In this document: piece by piece, positions 12,995 through 26,025 of the stretch
Position numbering within the stretch: the first letter of the stretch is position 1
Layout: each line of letters opens with the position of its first letter
Notes under the pieces: model-generated
Database searches by the model: none
What the model was told of the DNA's origin: nothing
What the model saw: only the letters and a program-made list of their open reading frames with translations
Source of the DNA: Eledone cirrhosa
Taxonomy: Eukaryota
Reading direction: 5' to 3'
Length of the DNA: 64,000 bases
Assembly: GCA_964016885.1 (NCBI GenBank)
Contig: OZ024745.1
Location: forward strand, 112,530,001 to 112,594,000
Position numbers and translations under genes: made by a program

Positions 12995-13202
12995 GGAAAA
13001 AGTATGACCCCGACGGCAGAGCTCAAGCCGTTTCGACGGCTATTTCTGAAATAGCCGTCGACGGCTATCCCAGAAATAGCCGTCGAAACTTGAGCTCTGC
13101 CGTTAGGGTCATACTTTTCCCTATTTCCCACTCTACTACTCTAAGTATTGAGTACTCTGGTGCGTTATGGTCCATCTGGTTCCTTACCACATTTCCTTTG
13201 TT
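12995..13202. mobile_element. (TA)n-embedded fold-back element (family F1)
   Basis: Palindrome at 12995-13121 plus a tail shared with 31886-32050 and 44617-44715; (TA)n on both sides. Confidence 0.75.
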
Positions 13203-13438
13203 ATATATATGTATATATAATATAATATATATATATATATATACAAAATTTAGTACAGCATCATCGAAGTTCTGGTTGCAGCCAAGCTAACGAATACAAT
13301 CTCGGTGTGCAGCTAAGCACTCAATAGGGTATATTACCCTAGAGTTATAACATTACGTTTAGACAGCTTTGCAAATTGAAGACAGCGTCCGATAGACGGG
13401 CCGCAGTGACCATAGCGACGAAAAAAACTGAACTCAGG

Positions 13439-13487
<49 letters not shown>

Positions 13488-13501
13488 CATGAGGTTGTGA
13501 G

Positions 13502-13559
<58 letters not shown>

Positions 13560-13573
13560 CATGAGGTTGTGAG

Positions 13574-13613
<40 letters not shown>

Positions 13614-13655
13614 CGATATATTAACAAATGGAAACTATATTTATAAAACCATATT

Positions 13656-13720
13656 TATTTCATTATACATATTTCAAGGACACCAAGTTAAATTATGGTG
13701 TGCTTTCATCAGATAAAATA
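13656..13720 (-). ncRNA. Type I hammerhead ribozyme (HHR-2)
   Basis: Minus strand: TATTTTAT-CTGATGA-AAGCACACCA(10 nt)TGGTGTCCTT-GAA-ATATGTAT-A|ATGAAATA. Core intact, 8-bp stem I, stem II 9/10 bp. Confidence 0.75.
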
Positions 13721-13765
13721 TAATATAGAGCAGTTTTATAAATAAATATTGACATACCCTTAAAG

Positions 13766-13821
13766 AATGCGACCATTTCTGTTGGAAGCTCCCGGGAGCT
13801 TCCAACAGAAATGGTCGCATT
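13766..13821. repeat. Perfect 56-bp palindrome
   Basis: AATGCGACCATTTCTGTTGGAAGCTCCC|GGGAGCTTCCAACAGAAATGGTCGCATT, no spacer. Confidence 0.97.
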
Positions 13822-13829
13822 TATATATA

Positions 13830-13860
<31 letters not shown>

Positions 13861-14031
13861 CCTCTGTCCCACATGTCACCTCCACTTCGCTCACTCCATC
13901 CTTCGCGATGAAGGACTGTGTCTAAAACGTTGAACCCTCCTCCACATTCTCCAATCGTAAACCTAATATAATTGTGTATTTTTGCATTCCTGTGTTTTGT
14001 TTCACTTATAAACACAAACTCTCTCTCTCTC

Positions 14032-14097
<66 letters not shown>

Positions 14098-14301
14098 ATA
14101 ATTATATATATAATAATTATAATAATTGAATATAAAAGAAAGATATAAACATATAAACAGATATAAACATATATGTGTTCAAATCGCAAGGGACCAGATT
14201 CGCTATGGTGAAAAAATACTAACTATTAACAATAGGGTTTGCCAGACTCTACTTAAAATAATAAATCAAGAAAAGAAATACAAACCGATATTGGGTAACT
14301 G

Positions 14302-14379
14302 CCAGACACCCAGACAGCTTATGGTAGGCTGTTTCGCAATTTTAGCGAAGGGAATTACCAATTCTTTGTTCATCAGCGG
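14302..14379 (-). ncRNA. Type I hammerhead (HHR-3, slightly decayed)
   Basis: CCG-CTGATGA-ACAA..TTGC-GAA-ACAGCC(15 nt)GGGTGT-C|TGG; mismatches at the base of stem II and in stem III. Confidence 0.6.
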
Positions 14380-14820
14380 GTGTAAAATTAGTAAACCCTT
14401 CTTCACTTCTAAGTACCTCAGGAGACTGAATAGTGTGCGAATATAAAATAACGCACATGACATCAGAGCCTAGCGTGTCTCATAAACATACACTACTAAA
14501 AATAGTAGCCAAGTTTACACGACATTTAAGTTAGCTCACCAAAATTGAAGGAGCCGACTATATCAAAGGTATATATTGAGATAGAAACTCAAAATAGTCT
14601 CTTACAATTAAATAGCTCAAAGAAAGAGGTTTTTCTGAGCCGTGTAATATAATTGAATATAAATTAAAGATAAACACAGATATAAACATATATGTGTTCA
14701 AATCGCAAGGGACCACATTCGCTAGGGTGATAAAACACTAACTATTAAGAATAGGGTTTGCCAGACTCAATTTAAAATAATAAATCAAGAAAAGAAATAC
14801 AAACCGATATTGGGTAACTG

Positions 14821-14898
14821 CTAGACACCCAGACAGCTTATGGTAGGGTGTTTCGCAATTTTAGCGAAGGGAATTAACAATTCTTTGCTCATCAGTAG
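14821..14898 (-). ncRNA. Type I hammerhead (HHR-4)
   Basis: CTA-CTGATGA-GCAA(26 nt)TTGC-GAA-ACACCC(15 nt)GGGTGT-C|TAG. Canonical core, GUC triplet, perfect 6-bp stem III, short stem I. Confidence 0.78.
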
Positions 14899-14941
14899 GT
14901 GTAAAATTAGTATTTTGAGTTTCTAACTCAATATATACCTT

Positions 14942-15042
<101 letters not shown>

Positions 15043-15099
15043 TGTGTTTCGATACTAGACGATAAAAAGTATTTATTCTCATCCGGTATGGTGACGGTT

Positions 15100-15381
15100 T
15101 ATACTACCTACAGTCTACTTTTTTTAGTATAGAGTACTATGTCTTACTGGTCATAATTAATATACCCCCCCCCCCACACACACACACACTCATCCATACA
15201 CACATATGCCAGATTGTAGTTGATACTTTAACCTCGTCTATATATATATATACACAGTATATGTATATATATATATATATATATATGTGTGTATGGATGA
15301 GTGTGTGTAGGGGGTGATATTAATTATGACCAGTAAGACATAGTACTCTATACTTAAAAAAAGTAGACTGTAGGTAGTATA
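15100..15381. repeat. Inverted repeat (~100-bp arms) around a TA-rich spacer
   Basis: 15100-15207 vs 15284-15381. Confidence 0.9.
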
Positions 15382-15394
15382 AGGATGTTCTTCC

Positions 15395-15427
<33 letters not shown>

Positions 15428-15429
15428 CA

Positions 15430-15700
15430 CGGTGGAGGCACGTGGCCTAGTGGTAAGAGTGTTGGGCTTACGATCATAATGTCGTGGGTTCGATTCCTGT
15501 GTTGTGTTCTTGAGCAAATCATTTCATTTCACGTTGCTCCAGTATACTCAGCTGAAAATGAGTACCAGCAATAGCAGGAGGTTTAACCCTGCGATGAACT
15601 GGCGTCCTGTCCAGGGAGGAGTCTTGTACTCTCAGTCGCTTCACGCCATGAAACCGGGTTAAGAACCGGCCAAATGAGCCTTCTGACTTAAGACAAACTT
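15430..15700 (+). mobile_element. tRNA-derived SINE family B
   Basis: A box TGGCCTAGTGG, B box GGTTCGATTCC, CTCAGCTGAAAATGAGTACC and CCTGCGATGAACTGGCGTCCTGTCCAGGG blocks. A second copy lies at 59059-59300. Confidence 0.85.
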
Positions 15701-15844
15701 TTTTTTTATATATACACAAGTGTACATATACAGACATTTTAGATATATATTGTAAATACGATTTTTCTAGTTTCTTATGTTAATCAATTATTTTGCATAC
15801 ATTTTTTATATCGATCATTAAGGTTTCTATACCTTTATAGTTAA

Positions 15845-16170
15845 ACACAGTGATGTTAGTGTCTCTGTATAGCAAACAGATTATAAATGAAAGTTTATAC
15901 GGAAACTTGCCGAAGAGAACAACTATACAATTGCTCAACGACGGTCACGATTTGCAGGACATTGCTGGAGAAATAAGCAGTAAGTTATACACAAGTTACT
16001 ATTGTCGGAACCAACTGAAGGGAGACAAAGTAGAGGAAGACCTGCTCGAACCTTCATCGATCAACTCTCAGACGATACAAACCTCAGTAAGGGGCAGTTG
16101 CGAATTGTGGAGTCTTTTTCAGAAATGTTCGACTGTGATCGCAATGATGATAGTAAGCAGAGCAAATGTA
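15845..16170 (+). pseudogene. RTE-clade LINE ORF C-terminal fragment
   Basis: Translates to YGNLPK / IAQRRSRFAGHCWRNKQ*VIHKLLLSEPTEGRQSRGRPARTFIDQLSDDT, matching RTE RRLRFAGH and GRP motifs. Confidence 0.8.
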
Positions 16171-17018
16171 ATGTGTAGAAATTATCACTGGAATTAGATA
16201 TTTGACAGATTTATGTTATCTGTCAGTTGCTTACTTTTGTTTATGACTGGTGAATGTTGTTTGTGCGTATATTTTAGCATTCTTCTAAGAGTATTATTGT
16301 CATGAGTGTTGCTTCAATAATTGTCTATTTTCTGTGAAATTCTGTAGAACGCAGATGTGGCTGGCACTGGTAAATTATTTAAATCTGAAAGTCAATTTTT
16401 TTTGGGTAAATATTTTATCTTTTTGTAAATTGTATAGCCGTTTTCGTGATTTAGTTAGAGGAGAACGGGAAGCACTCAAGACCATTACAGGTCCTTCTAG
16501 TCAGGACAACGGAATTTACCCTCAGATCGAATAGATGACTCAATGTTTGTAATAGAGTCGAATCCATTAAATTTATCAAAGGACTTGAGGGTAGTGTTAC
16601 ACACCAGGTGAATGATTAAGTAAAGCAGGTACAAACAGTTACTGTACCAATGTTGGACTTTCACGCACCTATCAAAATGTCTGCACACGTTCTCATATGA
16701 CTCAACGTAATTTAACAGGAAACCACATTGAAGCCAACTTTTTCTAGTTTTATATGAGCAAATGACTTGAGTGGTTAATGGATCAAATACCATGTTGTTA
16801 TTGTAATATTATGTGTATGTTTTATTGTAATAAAACATACACGTGCATACGCGAAAACACGCCATGCATGCATATATATGCACGTACACATAAACACGCG
16901 CACACGTACGTAAACCGACGCGACACATATACCCGCACACATACGAATGTATACACGTGGTTATGTGTACGTGCATGTATGTACCTGCATGTATATGCAT
17001 GCATGGCGTATATATATA

Positions 17019-17481
17019 CTAGCACAGGTACCCGGCGTTGCTCGGATATTAAATAGCAGTTGTGTATACCATTTATGTCAATACTTCAGTGCTGCTTCGA
17101 AAACTACACTTTTACAAAATCATCGGCTTTTTCCAAAAGGGGGTTCCGACCCCAGGAGTCCCCTACCCAATATGTGCCAATTCTGCGAGTTCACATTCAT
17201 CTGTAGGAAAAACGTAGCCCATGTGTTAAGTTTTGTGAAAATCGGTTGCGAACTCCAGAAGTTATGACGTTTTGTTGCATTGCACTGCAGTGCTTCAGTC
17301 GACTCCAAGGAAGTGGTTAAAGTGGTTAAAGGGGTTATCTGCCGGGTGGGGGGGAGGTATAATCAATATCTGGAAAAATGACAGTGCCCATGACCATCCG
17401 GAATACATAAGTAACCTATGTCTTAAGTTTGGTGAAAATACTGTCGAAATGCATAAGGTTTATACATACGCGCGTGCGTTC

Positions 17482-17512
<31 letters not shown>

Positions 17513-18118
17513 TGTGTGTGGGGGGGGGGTGTATGTATTTGTGTGTGCGTATGTATGTGTATGTCCGTCTGGGCATACGTATGTACTGGCCTAAATCTTC
17601 ACTATTTACTTTTACTATCTTAATAACCTGTCATTTTCGTTTTCAATTTTATTTACATCATTCTTAAACTCCGGGGCTGGAAATCATTCTGTTATTTTAA
17701 ATAGAATATTAGTATAACGGCTCCAATTATACCATAAACTTGGTCTTGTCTTTGCATGAAATTGTTCTTTACGCTCCACATAACGACGTATTATCCTCGT
17801 TTTTTTCCCGTTCATTGCCAGGGAACGTCTTCACGAACCAAAATATCGTCTTCCTGTTTTCGTTCGGTTGCAACGTTTCTCGAAATATTTACTTCTGCGT
17901 TCACAGATTACTCTCAGTTCAATTTGAATGGGAAATTCATGTTTCATCGATTTTCTCCGTAACCACGGAAACTTGTAGCTTGAAAGTCGACCCAACGCCT
18001 CCTCGGGTCATTCTGCATAACTGTGTAAATTTTCGCTGCATTCCACCAAGCCATTTCGACGTTTATCCGACTACACCTACATATACAACGTCCGACCACT
18101 TCCAATTTATATAGTAGA
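17019..18118 (-). mobile_element. Helitron-like element
   Basis: Minus strand 5' A|TCTACTATATAAA at 18118, 3' hairpin CCGAGCAACGCCGGG...CTAG|T at 17019. Shares 17871-17909 with the other Helitron copies. Confidence 0.55.
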
Positions 18119-18678
18119 TTTGTTTATATATGAATGACAAAAAGAAAAGTACAAAACTATACATGAATTGTTTCTACTAAACCTTCACTTTAAGACGCAA
18201 CCTACATATTTGATAGGACTCCAGCTCACACCTTCTTCTTCTTCTTCTTTTGCTCCCCCTGGAACATTGGGCTGCGAGCCACCCCCACACAACGCCATGT
18301 CCTGAGTCTGCTTTTCAACTCCACCGTGATGCACGGTGCGTCTTTATGTATCTAACCATTTTTTTAGGTCTTACTACGGCTGATTTCTTCCAGAGAGAAA
18401 GAAAGAGATGGAAAAAGGCAGAGAAGATTCATCCCCGGAGGAATAATAAAAAATGTTTACACTGCACATTTCATTTTTTCAAAGCTAAAGCTTCCGATCC
18501 AAAATCAGTAATTCAACTCCCTGAAAACTTTCAAATATATGCTGTTCTAGCATGAATATTATGCTAAGGGGCAGCTGTCCACAAAGTAAGATTTACTTGC
18601 ATATCCCCGCTCATATAAACACATAAATACATGCATACATACATTACAGTTGATATTTTTTTTTATTAAAACGTTTTC

Positions 18679-18750
<72 letters not shown>

Positions 18751-18758
<8 letters not shown>

Positions 18759-19080
18759 TAAACGGAAAAGAAAATGCTGACAAATTGTTCACAGTGAAAA
18801 ATAGTTTAATTAGGAATAAGTGAGAATTAGTAATAGTATTGGTTAGTATTCAGTTTTGGTTTTTAAGTTTTACCGGTTGCGCATTTCTAATGCTTTTCAA
18901 AAATAATTTTGAGATAGTCTCAAAATTATTTTTGAAAAGCATTAGAAATGCTCAACCGGTAAAACTTAAAACCAAAACTGAATACTAACCAATACTATTA
19001 CTAATTCTCACTTATTCCTAATTAAACTATTTTTCACTGTGAACAATTTGTCAGCATTTTCTTTTCCGTTTACCAATATA
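18751..19080. repeat. Near-perfect 330-bp palindrome (family F2) between (TA)n tracts
   Basis: ~163-bp arms centred on GAGA-TAG-TCTC (18911-18921). Confidence 0.95.
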
Positions 19081-19111
19081 TCATAACTTGTGTGTTACAC
19101 CTCTATTCTTT

Positions 19112-19171
<60 letters not shown>

Positions 19172-19529
19172 CGAAACATAAGTCAATTGCTTGAACTCAT
19201 AATCCTTTATTTACTGCTTTATTTGTATGAAATTGTAAATAAGACAAAAGTATTAGAACAGGGGGAAATAACTCATCGAACGCGATAGTAAATATACTGT
19301 TTTGGGGCCCCAGGGACCACATTTTTCAAGTTAGAGATTTGAAACCTCATCTATTTGCTTCCTTGGCACTTTTTACATAGGTGTGTAAATTTTCATGTCC
19401 GTCCGACCACGTCTACTACCATTTAACCGTGCACAACTGAATTTCAACCACCACCCATTTCACAAATATATATTAGATATATATTAATTCAAAATATTAA
19501 TAAATGTAGACATTCACTTAATCAAAATA

Positions 19530-19595
19530 TATTTTATTATATATATTTAGGAGGTACTGTGCTGTTTTTTCAGTACGTCCTCATCAGATAAAATA
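19530..19595 (-). ncRNA. Hammerhead relic (HHR-5; catalytic G12 mutated to T)
   Basis: TATTTTAT-CTGATGA-GGACGTACTG(11 nt)CAGTACCTCC-TAA-ATATATAT-A|ATAAAATA. Confidence 0.7.
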
Positions 19596-19854
19596 CATAA
19601 ATTGATGTATGACATACCTCAACTGTGCTGATGGTTCAATTCCAGTCTTGGCAGTGATTAATTACAACAAAACTCAATATTTATATACCATAAGTACTAA
19701 CGTGACAAACTAAATATAATGGAGAGGGTGAGTAGGAGAAAGTGTAGAAAAATAAATAAATACATAAATAAAATAAATAACTACATAAACATATAAGTAC
19801 ATAAATGTTAAATATTTAAATAATTAAATATGTAAATATCCATATTAGAGAAAA

Positions 19855-20429
19855 CGTGTGTTGAAACCGATATTGTTATACCTTGGGAGGGTCATGTTTC
19901 TTATTGGCAACATGACACTCCCAAAGTATAACAATATATATATATATATATATATTGTTATACTTTGGGAGGGTCATATTGCCATGATGAGGACAAAATG
20001 AAAACACACACACACATAGAACAAACAACCAACCAACATGTAAATAAATAAGTAAATAAATAAACAAATAGATAAATGAACACAAACACACACAGACACC
20101 CGGATGTGGCGCATGCGCAAACTGAGCACACAACACACACACAGAAACAAAATGGCGTAGGACAGAGGAAAGGAAAGGCACAGAAACAAAGAAAGGAATC
20201 CCCAGTCACTGAAGAGGTCACAGAGTGTGTGACGAAAGGACTATGACTATATATAAACAACTATCTGGTTGTGGAACCAACCAACCAACCAGAAATTTAT
20301 AAGTTTGTAGATTTGTAAATTTATAAATTTATAAATATATAATAAATTGAAGTGAAAGCAACTGGTGCGTGTGTTTCTTATTGGCAACATGACCCTCCCA
20401 AAGTATAACAATATCGGTTTCAACACACG
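19855..20429. mobile_element. Element with 44-bp terminal inverted repeats enclosing a solo-LTR-like segment
   Basis: 19855-19898 vs 20386-20429 inverted, with extra inverted copies around the TA run at 19935-19955. Internal T(A)TTGCCA...TGGCAACA ends, TATA-like 20247, AATAAA 20341. Confidence 0.55.
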
Positions 20430-20466
20430 ATTTCAGATAAAGAATCTTGCTAAACAAATTCAGAAA

Positions 20467-20510
<44 letters not shown>

Positions 20511-20659
20511 TACCCTATTTCTATGTGAATCTAAATAAATGTTTTACAAACATTCCATACTCATTGAAACTACAAAATATCCGAAATAAAATCTACTTGA
20601 TAGAGACTCTACAAATAAGTATTAAAATATTACACTTTTACCATAATGTAGTTACTTTA

Positions 20660-21400
20660 TTATCTTCGCGATTTGAAAATTTGAGCTTAATAACTAAGAC
20701 ATTGAAAGTTAGTGACGTCGTTCTGTCTGCTTCTGGACATAAGTATGTTTAAGTTGTGTTGTTGTTATTGAATACAACGAAGTAGTTATTTCGCATAAAG
20801 TTGTTGTTGGAAACGGTAAGAATAATTCTAAAGCTTTTGCTCTTAGGGAAGGGTACTCCATTAATATTGCAAATTAAAATGTTATCATTTCCGCTTGGAA
20901 TTCTGATTTTAAGGTAAATCTCCATTCTTTTATTTCTCGTAAAAGATTGGTTAGGTTTGTCTGCAAATGGGATTTCAACCCAAAGCTAGCTTTTATTTTC
21001 AGCTGGAAGATACTCCGCTATTGATTTACAAATATCAGACTGATGTTACAGAATTGCACCATTTGTGTCCTGATTTAGTGAAATTTTCTTCCACAGTAAA
21101 AAGTTACTAAGTCTTTTCTAAAACACTGAGCATCCTTCTAAACAATATAACCTACTCCCGAGTTTTAGAGCATACTTAAACATTTTCATTTTATTTGGAC
21201 TTTGAAACATGTTGTTCGTGGTATCCTGCATCGTAAGATCAACCTCCGCCGAATAAGTGAATTTACAAGAAAGATATACCTTTATTTCCGATCCAACTTC
21301 AAAAGAGTGTTCAGTTAGAATTAACCTAAATTCTTCAGTCAATTTTAAAGCCACGTCAACACGTTACCGCACGATAACCAATGAACTTAAGTACGTATTA
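20660..21400 (-). pseudogene. hAT (Buster/Charlie-like) transposase relic
   Basis: Minus-strand translation WVEIPF and EYPSLRAKALELFLPFPTTTLCE (20790-20858) resembles the hAT C-terminal dimerisation region. Confidence 0.75.
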
Positions 21401-21430
21401 ACAAAGTTACATAACTGAAAATTATTGCAC

Positions 21431-21840
21431 TTCTTACTTCTTCTTCATCTTCTTCTTCTTTAGCCCTTTTTGCTCATTATGGAGCAATGGATGACAGCAG
21501 ATCTCTATTTCACATGGTAACAAACCCTGTCATGGGCTTGTTTTCAGACCAGGCACATTCCTGCTAGGTCTTTCTCCAAAGATCTCAGTCAGGTTTCAAT
21601 GGGTCTCCATTCACGGGTGGATGCCATTAGAGAGAGGTCTTTAATGGTCTGTTCGTAGATATGCGTAGCACAGAACCAAGTACCTTCGTCGTTCTACCCT
21701 AATAATATTCCATGGATTACCCAGTCGCGCCATTTCCATGATCTCATTGGTGATGTGATCCCACCAAGAAATCCTAGGCACGGTTCTTAGGCAACGTCTA
21801 TGAAAGTAAACTGCAATTCTGTAGATTCTGCAAATCCTTT
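21431..21840 (-). pseudogene. RTE LINE 3' end with (AAG)n tail
   Basis: FHRRCLRTVPRISWWDHITNE on the minus strand; (CTT)n at 21431-21460. Confidence 0.75.
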
Positions 21841-22559
21841 TCCATATCTCGTAAGTTATTCACAGATCATGAACCATATATCTCAGTTGATGATAAAAAC
21901 AACAGGGTATACTTTCAACACTTGATTTTCCTATTTCATTCTGACAATAAAATCAAATATTTTCGTTACTATAGCTGCAGCCTTATCTCCGAAAATACGT
22001 GAAGTAAATGTTCAATATTCAGCACATAATCAACTTGGTTCATTATAACACTCTTTCTTGATATATTTTAGCATTCCTGTGATTATTTCTAGCAAAATAG
22101 CAATGTAATAGGAAGAAAACAAAAACAAAACAAAGAAGCTATCTCAGTTACAAAAGAAAAGAAAACAAAACCATCAACAACAAAAAACAAACAAAAGAAT
22201 AGTAAACAAAACAAAGAAATCCAACAGTTTTCCTTTATTTGTAATAGAAGGGAATATTCTGAAATATACTCCAGTAGTAACCGTTAAGTAATTTTCGTTT
22301 TGAATTAAGCATTAAGCCTTAACAGATGCGAGAATAAATTAATTTCCGGCTTTGCTTTTTCGCGACTATGATCTAATTTTAAATTATGCCCAGAGCAGGA
22401 AATTCACGTAGACTTTGCATTGCAGCAAAAGTAAAGAATAAAAATGGGTCTTTTGCAAAGAATATTGTGTATACAGAAATTTTTTGGAGGTCATTAGTTT
22501 ATAATGTTGTATATTAAATAGAATTTTCTTTTATATATTTATTTATATTATATACAAAA

Positions 22560-22781
22560 TAATTATTTCTACTTTAGTAACAAGGCCAGTAATTTGAAGG
22601 GGAGGGGAAATTTGATTAAATCGATCCCAGTGCATTACTGGTGCTTTATTTTATCGATCCCGTAAGGATGAAAGGCGAAGGAAACCTCTGCGGGATTTGA
22701 ACTCAGACCACAAGGGGCCATAACTCTATGTTGAAAAGTATGGTGTCTGACGCTCTAGCGATACTGCCAATCTACCGCCCT
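22560..22781 (-). mobile_element. SINE family A
   Basis: Reverse complement of the family A sequence. Confidence 0.9.
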
Positions 22782-22852
22782 TGAAATTTTTTGTAAAATG
22801 TATAAAGACCTATCCGCTCGAGGCGAGAAGAAACCAGAGTATTATATATGAA

Positions 22853-23097
22853 ATAATTGTTTCTACTTTTGGCACAAGGCCAGCAATTATCCCAGTGTAT
22901 TACTGATACTTTATTTTATCGACCCCATAAGGATGAAAGGCAAAGTTAACCTCATGGCGTCCGACCCTCTACGAAACTGCCAATCCACCGCTCTTATATA
23001 TATAAAATAACTGTTTCTACTGTTTGGCACAAGGCCAGCAATTATCCCAGTGTATTACTGGTATTTTATTTTATCGACCCTCTACCGATACTGCCAG
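22853..23097 (-). mobile_element. Two tandem, internally deleted SINE A copies
   Basis: 22853-22992 and 23007-23097 keep both ends and lose increasing amounts of the middle. Confidence 0.85.
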
Positions 23098-23553
23098 TTA
23101 ATGTTGATAAGACACATAATGACCACATTAAAAAAGTTCGCATGCAACTTTCTACGTCCGTATGACGGGAATTAGGCAAATAATACAAATAGCTACATTC
23201 TACACGTGCGGGGATATGGAAATACTTAGTTTGGTGCCTGAGCATGTGGTCAGCTCATCGTGAGTGAGAGACACCTGCTTAGGACATCCTACCAGGAGAA
23301 GGAAAACTGATTGAAAACCTGCGACTCAATGACAGCCAATGATATTGACCTGTTCGTCTTTTTGGATACCTGTTACCGTTGTTCAGACAGTGGGGTTGGC
23401 CCAATACAAGAGCTTTCTACACTAAATGTAGACTAGTTTAATCAAATACTTTTAGACAATAACACTATTGTGTTATTTTAAAATCGAAATTTAAAAAAAA
23501 AAAGATAATTTAAGTAATCGCTGAACAGATTTTATTGATAAAATCAACCGCCA

Positions 23554-23746
23554 CGAGACCCAGGAGTTGGCACCGAGCAAGATGGTTGAATAACATCCAT
23601 GAGCTTGGCTGATCTCGCTTGGGGATCCAGCTGGATCAGTTGGAGACGGTTGCTTTTGACAGGACCTGCTGGAAAGAATGTTTGAGGACTCTGCTCCTAC
23701 GACCCTCTCAGGAATAAGCGGGAGAAGAAGAAGAAGAAGAAGAAGA
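23554..23746 (+). pseudogene. RTE (Expander/Rex3-like) LINE 3' end
   Basis: RPRSWHRARWLNNIHELG*SRLGIQLDQLETVAFDRTCWKECLRTLLLRPSQE* followed by (GAA)n. Confidence 0.75.
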
Positions 23747-24248
23747 ATGCATCTAATAGTGCATTAGGTGAAACTTTCTTAACAGATACCGGCAAGATAA
23801 TTCTGACTATAACCAGTAACACTATACTTCTAAAATGCTTTGAATAGTAAAGTAAACCTGTCATAAATTACAGTTTTACATAGAATTAAAAAAAATCTGT
23901 TTGTCTCTCGTGCATATTTTATTCCTGCTTCAGACTTATTTCACCGAAAGTGGCAGGTGCTTTTTCAGAAAGTGTGACCCAATAGTTTCTCACAAAACAA
24001 TTTATCACATATGCCTATTTGACAATTCTGATTGAGTAGTATTGTTGTTGTTTTTAAATTAAATTATCAAATTAAACTGCAGAAATAAATTAATTTCCAA
24101 ATATAACTTTAAAATAAATTTGCATAAACACATATAGAAATTTACATAGGAGACCTATATATAATTTTGTATAAACATTTAGTTGACTTTCGGAGTATTG
24201 GAAAATATGAAATTTGAAAATATAGTCGCCACAATGCAAATAACTATA

Positions 24249-24419
24249 ATAATTGTTTCTACTTTTGGCACAAGGCCAGCAATTACCCAGTGCATTACTG
24301 GTACTTTATTTTATCGACCCCGTAAGGATGTAAGGCAAAGTTAACCTCGGCGGGATTTGAACTCAGAATGGCGTCAAAGCTTGGCGTCCGACTCTCTACC
24401 GATACTGCCAATCCACCGC
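24249..24419 (-). mobile_element. SINE family A
   Basis: Match to family A. Confidence 0.9.
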
Positions 24420-25435
24420 AAATAACTATAATAATAGTTCATAATCATAAATAATAGTTGACTAAATTGCGTAAAGTGCCTCTGAAGAAGAAAAAAGTGT
24501 GAATATTGGGTAATAATAGCAAAACCTTACAGCGCCCTTAACAGCTGACACTAGGTTGTCATGACCACCCGGTTGGAAATCTCTGCTTGGAAAGATAGCA
24601 ATGAAATGCAATGAGAATGAAATTCTAAACTTTCAATATCATCTCAAAAATTGCCATTTTAAATTAGAATAGCTTTGCTATAAGCCGTGTTTATTTGTTT
24701 ATTCTGAATATACATAAATACAAATAATTTTGAAAAAATTTTTTATTTAGATTATGTTCAAATATATTTAGAAAACCGCTGTGCCGCAGGTTTCAGTCTC
24801 TATAATCAGCTACGAAATCAGTAATAGATGATGCGACACCAGTAAGCTAGAAAAGCTCTGACCCACAACTGAAACTACCTCAACTCTACAGAACTACTGA
24901 CACAAAGATATGTATAGAAAATAATTGAAAATTCAGGAAAATCTCATTTGGGGCAATGTTAAATCTTCAGAAAAGATTATAACACAGTTTATGTGATTAT
25001 ATTTAAATGAGATACCTTTAAGGAAGTGTTCATGCTTTGTAGGAAAACAAAGAATGATGAAAAAAAAGTAATATAAAAAATTAAAAAATTAAAATATTTT
25101 CCTTCCTTATTTAAAAAAACAAATCTCCTTTTGAGAGATAGCCTTTAGTGGGGTTTTTTTTTGTGTTAGGGAATAAACATTGTACTAACTCAGAATATTA
25201 AAGAGGAAAATCTCCCCGTGCATGACGCTTTCCTGTTATGTCCCTTCATGTCAAGTGTAACACATGATAGGTGAAATGTCTAAAAACAGGAACTTTGCAA
25301 ATTGTTATACTAACCAAGAATATTTAATTTATCATGTTCCCAGACTTTTAATTTATTCTTGTTTATTGAAACCTTTGACCGTATTAACACACACACATAC
25401 GCACACCCAAACACACATTTAAACATACACACATA

Positions 25436-25516
<81 letters not shown>

Positions 25517-25555
25517 CACGTTTGTTTTGAAACAGCGAGCGAGCTTGAAATAGAA

Positions 25556-25640
25556 AATAGAAGCTTCCGCCGTATTTTTGACTAAAAATTTAGCCTGAAG
25601 CTAAAATTTCTTTAGTCAAAAATACGGAGATAGCTTCTAT

Positions 25641-25641
<1 letters not shown>
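25556..25641. repeat. Hairpin between microsatellites
   Basis: AATAGAAGCT..CCGTATTTTTGACTAAA vs TTTAGTCAAAAATACGG..AGCTTCTATT. Confidence 0.85.
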
Positions 25642-25727
<86 letters not shown>

Positions 25728-25946
25728 TTAGTACACTTTAATATATTTTTCTTATTGATTTGTATTCAACATTCCCTCCGTAGGAAATATGTTCGTCACT
25801 CTGGTGGTTTTTGATCCCCTATGGTTGAACACATATCTCTACGTGTACTTCTCTCTATGTGTTGATTTATAAAGAGCCTGGAATCTATTCCTTTGATCTC
25901 ATTAAATTATAAAGGATTAATGTGAGTTTTTAACTCCGTGTTTTAA

Positions 25947-26025
<79 letters not shown>

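Noticed and set aside
15430-15500. tRNA gene
   Set aside because: A and B boxes are present but there is no acceptor stem; it continues into a SINE body.
18890-18960. GAAAAGCATT-AGA-AATGCTC as a hammerhead 3' half
   Set aside because: An extra A breaks the canonical junction, there is no core upstream, and the stem is just the palindrome centre.
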